In this document: one piece after another, positions 1 through 10,400 of the stretch | Position numbering within the stretch: the stretch's first letter is position 1 | Layout of the letters: every line of letters starts with the position of its first letter | Source of the DNA: Ruditapes philippinarum | Taxonomy: Eukaryota | Direction of reading: 5' to 3' | DNA: 64,000 bases | Assembly (NCBI RefSeq): GCF_026571515.1 | Contig: NW_026865484.1 | Location: forward strand, 1,116,001 to 1,180,000 | Program-made: the position numbers and the translations under genes | Notes under the pieces: model-generated | Database searches by the model: none | What the model saw: the letters and a program-made list of their open reading frames with translations, nothing else | Told to the model about the DNA's origin: nothing

Positions 1-1603
1 TAGCACAGATGGCAAAGATGTCTTCATCATTTAAAGACTTGAGCTCCTTGAAGAAGTCATAGGGGTTGTACTTTCGAATGAAAGGGAGAACTTCCTGTGA
101 AATAATGTTAATGATTTCTGTTTGCTGTTTAGCCTCAAAAACCTGTTTTAAAATAATAGCTATCTTTTCAGGAGACAGAGCAAAAATTGCAAGTACGAAT
201 TGCTCTCTGAGCATTCTTTTTGGAATCACTTGTAATATCCTTTCTTCTTCTGTTGACAAAACATGATCATGTATTTGACAGGTATCCTGTACCTTTTGTT
301 CACCATCATTTACTGCCTCAGCAGATTTACTTAATTCTTCTTCTTGAAGATCTTTCTCTTGATCAATTTTCATTTTTTCTTTAACTTCATGTGATATAAT
401 GCCATCAATATCTGTTTCAACAGTTAACCTTAATACGCTATCTTTGATCAATGTAAATGGGCAGGTGTTAATCAAGATTTCAAGTTTCTTCATAAGCTTT
501 CCTTGTTCTGATTTTGATATTTCATCTTGGAACATATTCCTCTGGGGAATCATATAATTTGGGAGTTCCTCTTCCTCTATACATGTTTTCAGGTACTTTA
601 AAGAGTCTTTGAGAATATCATTAAAGTTCTCTCTATTCCATTCATTACAGTTTTTCTGCTCCATTTGCCAGAAAAGAATAGTTTTGATAATATATGATGT
701 AATATTGCTACATATTGGATTAAGGTGATGTTTTGTAATTAATTTCAGTGCCCCCAATAGCTTTATTTGGGCATCATTGAATGATTGAACTAATGCTTGT
801 TCCGCTTTGGTAAGACAAATCCTCCATTGTAGATGCTCATTTTGACTTCCTTTCAAGCCAACAGGCACAACATAAACATCCAGATTTCTTATCAATTCTA
901 TCATTTCTGTTGATGGCCAGTGTTTTGATCTTTTACGACTACACCAAGCATCTTTAACTGATGGAAAATCACACCTGAATGCTAAAACATCATCAAATAT
1001 AATATAGCTAGGTAAACATGGTGTTTGAATCTTGTATGGTTTGGAAGGACCAGTTTTCGATTTGGAATGGACAAGGTTTTTTTCAATCCAGCCACAGTCA
1101 GCTGATGTGTATTCTCTACCAATACCTGGACTTAATATGCAGTCATTTCTTACATATTGTTTACCATTTATGTCTTCCATTGCATCCATTATGTTTGTGT
1201 GAAGTTTGTCCGTTTGATTATCTGCATTTCTAATGAACTGAAGATAGGTATATCCACTTGGGGCATCTTCTGTGTCTAAACTTAACACAGTGTAATTCTG
1301 TTTTGGTGTTGAAGCCATTAGTCCCTTTTCAATACATTCTAAATTATTTTGAACCAGGAGTTTGTCAACATCACTGTCAATATATATTCCAGTTCCATCA
1401 CCTCGGCTTCCTGCAATCAGAACTTCATAATCTACTTCAAATTTATTTGTTTCAAATAAACTCGCTCCTTTACTGGTATTCCTATAAATCTGAACTCTCT
1501 TTTCAGTAAGATCTTTGGAATATCCAAGCTCGTGTAAAATATCATATCCACCTGTTAGGTCAGTTTTTGAATCACTTTTTCTTTGGTTAAGAACTTCCTC
1601 CAT
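1..1603 (-). CDS. Mab-21/cGAS-like receptor (cGLR) nucleotidyltransferase, intronless, >534 aa, 3' end outside window
   Basis: Manual translation: the frame is open from ATG 1603 to base 1. It is missing from the ORF track, probably because there is no stop in the window. It contains IAGSRGDG..IDSDVD (G-S and DxD NTase motif, ~1364-1411), DDVLAFRC (third acidic residue), W..R.RSKHWPS..MI, VVPVG, QWRICLTKAEQALV, ITSYIIKTILFW and LPNYMIPQRNMF, which are typical Mab-21 family blocks. Confidence 0.9.
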   Translation of the reverse strand, partial: MEEVLNQRKSDSKTDLTGGYDILHELGYSKDLTEKRVQIYRNTSKGASLFETNKFEVDYEVLIAGSRGDGTGIYIDSDVDKLLVQNNLECIEKGLMASTPKQNYTVLSLDTEDAPSGYTYLQFIRNADNQTDKLHTNIMDAMEDINGKQYVRNDCILSPGIGREYTSADCGWIEKNLVHSKSKTGPSKPYKIQTPCLPSYIIFDDVLAFRCDFPSVKDAWCSRKRSKHWPSTEMIELIRNLDVYVVPVGLKGSQNEHLQWRICLTKAEQALVQSFNDAQIKLLGALKLITKHHLNPICSNITSYIIKTILFWQMEQKNCNEWNRENFNDILKDSLKYLKTCIEEEELPNYMIPQRNMFQDEISKSEQGKLMKKLEILINTCPFTLIKDSVLRLTVETDIDGIISHEVKEKMKIDQEKDLQEEELSKSAEAVNDGEQKVQDTCQIHDHVLSTEEERILQVIPKRMLREQFVLAIFALSPEKIAIILKQVFEAKQQTEIINIISQEVLPFIRKYNPYDFFKELKSLNDEDIFAICA

Positions 1604-1900
1604 CAACAGTTTTAGCACTTTATTTTCACCTTCTCCTTTCTTTTTTATGATATTATTATAATATAATTATACACATTGCATATGACCAGCTGTTACAGTT
1701 AAATTTAGGCTTTGTTACTAGGTATACAAATTAATATAGATTTACGGTCATAAAGCAACAAAATCTTTAATGCATAACATTTATTACTGTACAATTAGTT
1801 ATGTTTTGTGTGTTCAAATAAATACTAATTGGGAATAAAGGACTGGTCTATAGTATGCCATATTGAACTAGGCCAGTAAATATTTCTGTGTTATATTTTA

Positions 1901-2231
1901 CCGTAAAATTCTAAATAAACGCCCCTCCCCTAATAAAGGCCCCCTCCCCAGGCCTTTTGATAAAGAAAACAATCTACTTATCAGTGCTGAACTCATGATT
2001 AAAGCCATAATTTTATTCAAATCATTCAGATTCCATAGTATTTTATAGTAAACACAAATATGTATAATATGAACTTTAAAACCTTAACACTTTTTAATGT
2101 TGTTACCAACACTTGCTAACGCTAAATGTATTTACAGTGATTTTTGGATTTAGGAAAAACTGTATTGTAATAATAGCCCCCCTTTTGGAAAATGTTTAGT
2201 CCCCCGGGGGCGTTAAATAGGAATTTTACAG
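1901..2231. mobile_element. Tc1/mariner-pogo-type MITE
   Basis: Inverted ends CCGTAAAATTCTAAATAAACGCCCC / GGGGCGTTAAATAGGAATTTTACAG, flanked by TA on both sides. Confidence 0.7.
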
Positions 2232-2654
2232 TAAATATGAATTCCCTAAAATTAACAATGGACACATCCAAATTCAAAGCAGGATGAGTCAATTTTCAAA
2301 TTTAGCATGGTAAAAGTTCAAATACATACATGTCACTAAAAGAATTCATGATATTGTGATGTGAAGAATTATCACATACATTATTTAGAAGACAAATGTT
2401 TAAACTTTTATAATTGATGTTTTAATATGCAGTATTTTGATATTGCACATGATTGAACTGCGTGTATATTTATGTTAATCTTTTGAGATGTTTTATTCAA
2501 GGTTATTAGATTTTAGTCCTTTATTACCTGTTATTAAAATGAATTGTTTTGATGAAAATTGTTTTATCTCAATGGCAAGATGTTATGTTATGTTTAAGGG
2601 ATCAAAGGATATTGTGTCTGAAATATTAGAAAACTGTGTATTCACAACTTGAAA

Positions 2655-2782
2655 TGAGCGGCGTCATGACAAAACCAACATAATGGGTTTGCAACCAGCA
2701 TGGATCCAGACCAGCCTGCGCATCTGCGCAGTCTGATCAGGATCCATGCTGTTTGCTATCAGTTTCTTTACTTTTTATAGGG
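2655..2782. mobile_element. Truncated half-copy of the palindromic MITE family also at 37264, 43996 and 57533
   Basis: TGAGCGGCGTCATGACAAAACCAACATAATGGGTTTGCAACCAGCATGGATCCAGACC matches one arm of the full copies. Confidence 0.85.
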
Positions 2783-2789
2783 TCTGTTT

Positions 2790-3460
2790 TAAGAAGATGA
2801 TAATTTATTGTATGAATAACAGTCTGGTTTTAGAAATTCCTACTCTACTGATAGATTTCTTATCCATCTTATGGATCATATCAGAAATACTACTACTAAA
2901 GGTTTCCACACAGGCATGATAATGTTTTATCTACAAAAGGTTTTGATACTGTTGAGCAATGAGTTCTTATGTGAAAAACTGAAAAAAGAAATGGTATTAC
3001 AAATACAGACTGGTTTATGTCTTATCTTAGAGGTTGAAAACAATGTATGTATTTATAATATGTTATCATATTTTCAGAATATAAGCCTTTTTCATGTGGG
3101 GTTCCCCAGGGTAGCATCCTGAGTCCTCTTGTATTTTTGTGCTGTGCTTATAACATGATAATTAGTAAAGATGATGAATGTAAACTTATTCTGTATGCTA
3201 ATGACAGCGCAATTCTGTTCACACACAAACACCCAAACACTCAAAAACTTGGAAATGTATTAGGGTATTATTCAACTTGGCTTGTAGATAATAAATTGTC
3301 ATTACATCTAGGAAAGACTGAATGTTTTATCTTTCATTACAAACAAAAGATTAAACAAGTTTAATAAACAAGTTAAAAAGAGTTTAAAATTGTTTGTAAT
3401 GGACATATTATTGAGTCCAAACAATTTGATAAAAATCTAGATCTAAATATTGATAATTCT
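2790..3460 (+). mobile_element. Decayed non-LTR retrotransposon reverse transcriptase fragment (CR1/L2-like)
   Basis: Remnant motifs across stops and frameshifts: SGFRNSYST, GMIMFYLQK.FDT, GVPQGSIL.PL, LYANDSAILF (YADD-derived), WLVDNKLSLHLGKTE. Confidence 0.8.
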
Positions 3461-3569
3461 TTCTGTCAGTCTGAGTCAGTCTGTTAACTTTTAAAAATAA
3501 ACTATAGATTAAAAGATTGTGAGGGGGGAACAACACATCAAAAACACCAGGTCGGTTTATAAATTTAAA

Positions 3570-3612
3570 ATAACTATCGGTTTCGGGTAAGATATACCCT
3601 TCATCAGGTTAT
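3570..3612 (-). ncRNA. Minimal type-I hammerhead ribozyme motif (Penelope-like element terminal repeat), probably degenerate
   Basis: The minus strand reads ATAAC-CTGATGA-AGGGTA TATCT TACCC-GAAAC-CG-ATA-GTTAT. This gives the core CUGAUGA/GAAA, stem I ATAAC/GTTAT and stem II GGGTA/TACCC. Stem III is one substitution from the GAAACCGGTA palindrome. Confidence 0.65.
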
Positions 3613-4409
3613 GCATTTTGACTAGAAAAATTAGAGCTAAAGTACATAAAAAGATGGTACAATTTCAGTCAGTTCTTACTAAAAATAGACATTTTGTTAC
3701 TATTAATAGTTTGATATTGGCTAATGGCCAAAATTAATTGGCAATGTTCCAGATTACTTGATGGTATTTACAGTTATTGTTGATCGGAAAAATATTGTAA
3801 ATAGAGCAAACATTTATAATTTGTTCGTTTTCCAGGCTCAAATTGTCCAATTTCATCTTGTAATAGTCTTTTTAAAAATATTAGCTAGAGTTCTTGTGAT
3901 TGAAACAGTGATCAAAACATTATCATTTTTAGCTTCACACTTACAAGAAAGAGCATATTTATTATCATGATCCACTTGTTGGATTCAGCATCTGTGTTGA
4001 CATTTGTAAACCTTATGGTTCATAATTATAGAGGGTTTATGCCTTTTCATTATCATCTGAAATAACGCGAGGTGCATCTAAGATGTTTTCGGGAGTTTTC
4101 ATATAGACATACATGTAATTGCAAAATTCAAACTGTTCAATAGCATTTCTTAAAACTTGGCATGTTCTTAGAATATGATAATAAACGTCTTTAAGCCAAA
4201 GCCTGCATTGGAGGGAATTAATTAGTCTAAGTTACCCTATTTTATAATCAGAAATCTGGTTCTTATTAACACCAATGACTTGTGCTCTTTCAATTTTGAT
4301 TGAATGATAAATATTAGTTCTTGGTAAGGTTTGATCTGTTCTTGATATTTTGATTAACCAGCAATATCATTGGACAAGGAAACTCAAAATCTCCTTCTAT
4401 TTTTTTCAG

Positions 4410-7400
4410 ACAATTTGTTCTAGAATTTTCCGAATATGAAGACATTCAGAGGACTAGTCTAAGATTGCTGACAGAGGCAGGGCTTCAGTCAGTTTTGCTT
4501 GACTTTGCTATGGTAAGGTTTATTTTGAATTCTTTGTTGCTTTTCTTAAAAAAAAAAAATCAGACAGGAAGTTTCTTCAGGATATTCATGGATTTATATT
4601 AAAGGGAGGCAATTTTAAGCTTCAAGTATGTTTACAAAAACAGTACAATTAACAATGTCTTCACATGTATACAGAATACCTCAAAAGCCAATATATGATT
4701 TACAGGTAGATTCTGCAATTTCTTTTATCAATAAACATTATTGTATGTGATTTTATATTTTAAATGAATTAGTAGAGATGAAGACATTATGTATATTTTA
4801 ACTGTTCATTTCCAGCAGATAGCAATTGGTAATAAATCAACCCAGACCAAAGTCAATCTGGCATCTAGTTAATGCAGCCCAAATCAGTTGATCCGGCCCT
4901 GAGTTATTTTGGCCCCAAATTTTTAATTTTATTTTTCTTCTTCAAAGATTAAATTGAGTTGTTTTAAGAAACAACTATTACAAGAGACCAAGATAAACTC
5001 AAGATACTGTCTGCAATAATTTAAATGTCTTACTTAATGTATTAATCCAATGAACTATGAAATTATTTTTTTTTTTATCTAAAACACACTTTGAATGCAA
5101 TGTTTTTATTATCTATAAAAACTTATTCATAAACTAAAAACACATGTATGTAAGCTTGTTTATATTATTTAAACATAATAAAGTCATTAGGTACAGCAGT
5201 GTCTTTCAAATAGACCCTGGGACTACAGATATACTCCACTTACAAACTGCTGATTCACAAATCATTTAGGATTGATAGCCAGTCTCTTGCAGAGATATTG
5301 GAAATTACTGGTTTATTATCAAAAAATGACTGTTAGGTTGACAGACTCCCTAGATAAAAAAAAATATGTTAAAGTTGGAGTAAAAAAGCAGATAAAGAAA
5401 CAAATGCAACTGTGTAATTACAGACAAGAGGTTTAGTTCTGGAGGCTTTAGAAGAAATGGCAAGACAAAATCAGTACCAATTATCAGAGACTTCACTGGA
5501 GTTGTTGATCAGTAGAGGATATGGAGGGCATCTTGCACAGGTTTCTTCAGGTAATAATTATGCCTATGATTTATTTGTAAAAAAAAGTTAACTTTTGTAA
5601 GTTAGTTTTACCTACATCATAACCTTTATCTTTTTGGGTTTATTTTAAAACTAGACTTGCAGTGGCGTACCGACCAATACGCCAATACGCACGGGCGTTT
5701 AAAAAGAAAAAGTTTCGAAAAAAATAAAATGAAATCATTAATTTGGGCATAGCTCGATCAACATATTCGTAGCTGCTAATTGATTCTACAGGTATGCTTA
5801 GGATGTTACCTTATTCGAATACGCGTTACCTTTTTATGCACAATCAAATTTTCAATTATGAAGAAAGGGAGTAAAAATATGATATGAACAATTCCTTTGG
5901 AATTTTCTCTTTTTGTGCCCCCACGTTAGTGGCGGGCATTTAGATTTACCCTTGTCCGTCCGTCCGTCTGTCCGTCCGTCCGTTCACTTTTGTGTCGCAC
6001 GTAACTCAAAAAGTATTTGACCTAGAGTCATGAAACTTTCAGGAATGTTGATCAGCATGTGTAGTTGTGCACCTGGGTATTTTCGTCTGGATATTTTAAG
6101 TATTTTCAGAGTTACTGCCCTTGACTTAGTAAAATTTTGCAATTTTCAACTTGTGTCGCACGTAACTCAAAAAGTATTTGACCTAGAGTCATGAAACTTT
6201 ACAGGAATGTTGATCAGCATGTGTAGTTGTGCACCTGGGTATTTTTGTCTGGATATTTTTAGTATTTTCAGAGTTATTGCCCTTGACTTAGTAAAATTTT
6301 GCAATTTTCAACTTGTGTCGCACGTTACTCAAAAAGTATTTGACCTAGAGTCGTGAAACTTTACAGGAATGTTGATCAGCATGTGTAGTTGTGCACCTGG
6401 GTATTTTCGTGTGGATATTCTTAGTATTTTCAGAGTTATTGCCCTTGACTTAGTAAAATTTTGCAATTTTCAACTTGTGTCGCACGTAACTCAAACAGTA
6501 TTTGACCTAGAGTCATGAAACTTTACAGGAATATTGATCAGCATGTGCAGTTGTGCACCAGGTATTTTCGTCTGGATTTATTTAGTATTTTTAGAGTTAT
6601 TGCCCTTCACTTAGAAATTTTTGCAATTTTCAACTTAAGTCGCAAGTTTCTCAAAAAGGATTTGACATAGTCATTAAACCTTATGGGCAGGTTGCTCAGC
6701 ATATTTTAGATTTGCACCTGGGGTTTCGCTTGTGGATTTATCCAGTATTTGTAGAGTTATTTCCCTTGACTTAGTAAAATGATTGACAGAACAGTGGCGC
6801 GGTGGGGGCACCCGTGTCCTATGGACACATTTCTAGTTTCAGCTTGAGTTAAGCGTTATAATGCTAATAAACCTTGTCAAAATCCAAATTAGAATAAGAA
6901 ATTGGCCAATATATTAAAATCTTCTTTTTTTTCAGAAGAATCAAATCACTGAAAAGTAAACATTTATTTCATTTTTTACATCTGGATCTATATGCAAAAT
7001 AAAGATCTTGTTTGCAACTTGGCGTTTGCAGCACAATGCAAGGGAGTGAGTTAGCTGTATGGAATGTCTTTTTATATTTTACCTTGTTACTATAAATCAG
7101 TATATTATTTTTAAGTTAGTAATATTTATACAACTTATATTCATTTCAAATTATGTAGAATAGTTTTGACACTGCGAATCAGATCTTTGCAGTGAACTAT
7201 TGCCAACATCCATATATATATTATGTTCTTTATTATACGTAGTCTCATCTATACATATTTAAACATTGAGAACAATGTATAACCATATAAGACACATCAT
7301 GTCTAAATTCTTTTAATTTCGCCGACTTTAGATAACAAATTGGTGAGTCTGTTATACCAACATGTTTTATGTGCGTGAGGCATTTAACTTCGTAATGAAA

Positions 7401-10400
7401 TAACTTAAATATTTCGAATGGAAATTGAAATACTAGAGTTGAGAACAAAAATGTTAAAGACAATAGTTATTGTCTACACCATTGACATAATACGCATTAG
7501 AAAATATTTTAAGGAAGCTAAATGATTGTGCGATACTACATTTTAGCTGTGAATACGATAAAAACATTTAAGCTGTTGTGTTTTTATTAAAGTCATACAG
7601 ATCATTTTAAAGCATAATTATTTTCCCTTGATTATATCTCACGTTAAGTTATGGTGAAACAAAAGAAAAATAACAAAGAAAAAACTAAACTTGTTACAAA
7701 AGGAAATAAAACCCATCTTTTTTACAAGAGAGATACCTGGCTATGTTTTGTTTTTCTAAAAGCAAATAACTTTTGAACTATTTAAAACAGTGTACACGTT
7801 AGACTTTGTGCTATTTCTCTTACATTCCAGGGAAGGGCCCACGATAATGTTGTAAAAACTTTTGGCCCAACCCTTTTGTATATTGTGTAATTTTGTTGAT
7901 GTAAATGAATTGTTGTATATTTATATATGCAATAAAATATTATTAAACTTCTCTTACATTCAATATTATGTACTTGATGTTATTTTCATAACTATAGATA
8001 AAGACAACAGTCGTACAATTAGCTTAAATATCCTCTAAATACTAAGTTAAAGCACATAGCTATATTTGATATATAAGTTTCTAGCGATCCTTCAGCCAAA
8101 AACCGGCACTCAGCGTACACTCATAATAAGCCAAGGTACGTCCCTGACTTGTCAATGTCAGAGCTGCATTACTGGTAATGGTACTCAATGTACAAGACTT
8201 GTCAATGTACATGTATATACAGGTGTTATACAGAAGTTGATAATATAAATGTAAGTCATATTAAAATTGTCCAGGTTTTACTGCAGTGATTTTGCAAGTA
8301 CTGGTACTGATACTGAATTACTCTTACAAAATTTTGCTACTACTGGTACTGGTACTGCATTACTGTCTTAAAAAGTGCTACTGCTACTGCATTACTAGGC
8401 AGTACTTTTGGTTTTGATAAAAATAGCATAAATTTTTCTCATGAAATAAAGCTGTAATTTACATTATTTCATTTTTGTGGAAAAAAAAGTTATCAAATCT
8501 ATAGATAATTTGCTGCAATATTCCTTCAAATGTAAACATAGTATTTATCATAAAAAGCACCAAAGACTTTAGTAAAAATTAAATTGAGATACACAGACTC
8601 AATAACTCTTTACCCTAAAATATCCTTATTAAAATCTTTTATTACTTTGTATTTACTAGTAAAAGAGCAAAATAATCACTAATTAATTGCTTCTATTTTA
8701 AAATTTTCTATTTCAAGTGATATTGTTAGCACCATAAAAAATTGTTATTTACTTTGGTTTAAATTGAACAGAGGTGTGAAGGGGTGAAAGGCAACAAAAG
8801 ACTGTTGTGTTTTAAATGAAAGATGATTGCATTGTATTACAGTTGACTTGTTACTAAACAATAAGATATGACATGAATATATGTTGTAAATATTGTTTGT
8901 AAAAAGTATGTTAAAACTATAAAGTTGTAAAAATGTTATGTTAACTTGAAATTAAATTATGATTTTATTTATTTGCTGAATAATATTTGCAATTATTTGT
9001 TTCACACTGTGTATTTATTCAAACTTTGATGAATATATAAAAGTAATGGTACTGATACTTAATTACTTCAGCAAAAAAAGTACTGGTACTGTAGAACCGA
9101 GCTAAAATCTAGTACTGGTACTGGTAATGGTACTGCATAATTTGCCAAGTACTGGTACTGGTACTTAAGTATTACACTCTTAGTACTGATGCAGCTCTGG
9201 TCAATGTACAAGACTTGTCAATGTACATGTATATACAGGTGTTATACAGAAGTTGATAATATAAATGTAAGTCATATTAAAATTGTCCAGGTTATGATGT
9301 AGTTGGAGTATGTAATTATGCATTTAATACATTTACCTCAACTTTATTAAAAGTAGTTAATATAATGAAAACAAAAAAACTTTAAATTTTTGCTTTTATT
9401 TGGTTTTAAGGAGCATTTCTACATCTTTTGGATCAGAAACAGCTTGTGACAATCTTCTGTGAACGTCCTCAGCTTGTTGCACAACATCCTGATCTGTTGC
9501 TAGGCAACCTGGATACCCTTGACCTTTGTGAACTGTTACAGTTAGTTGAGGTGCTTGACCCTTCTAAGCCTATTATTAGGGGTTTTGTGCAGAGGAAACT
9601 GAACTCAAGGAGAAGAACTAGCTCATTGACATCATTAACAGGGTCAGGAGAATTTGGAGATAGTGTAACAAGTGTAAGAATGGTAAGTAATGTTACATGT
9701 TTAGTATAAGAAATTTGATTTTAAAAAATGAAGCCTGCCAGATGGCAGTGGGGAAAGTTTGATAGAGTTTATTAAAGCACAGCAAACTTAAATAAGATTT
9801 TGAGATCTGTTAAGGATTTTCTTACTCACATTAGCATATATCAAGTGCTTTGTGGCAGCTATGAAAAGTTGTCCTGTACTTGATCTTAGTATTGTTGCAT
9901 TTTTCTGGTCTTACAGGATCTTTGATCCAATAACTTTTATAGTGTTAAATAAATCAATGAGAGATATAGCAATTTTAACTTTGTCTCATGGACAGACTCA
10001 ATCAAACGTTTATCTCATAATTTTTCTCTCATAATCCCTCATTATTCTCAAGAGATTAACCTTTTTCAGACTTCTAATTGTTTATGGTTAATGTACTACC
10101 TAAACTTCAGGATGTGAAGAGTTTAGATGCTATGAGAATGGTCCACTGTTTCATCATGGTAGTACTTCATTTGAACAAGAGGAGACTTCTAGATGGTAAA
10201 CCAGTCAACACTGACTTCCTGTTTGAGGACATGGAAGATACTCTAAAAAATATTGTAAGTATTCTGTTTTAAAATAGCATTTTTAAATGAGCAGTTTTAT
10301 CTAATTAAGCAATTGGAAAGTGTTTAAACAGCTAATTATTTGATAATTTCTAGAACATATTTAATATGCGTATTTATATGCGTATTTAAATGTTTATAAA

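Noticed and set aside
66-1509. Short + strand ORFs (66-266, 1018-1233, 1258-1509)
   Set aside because: Antisense to the Mab-21 ORF, with no recognisable motifs.
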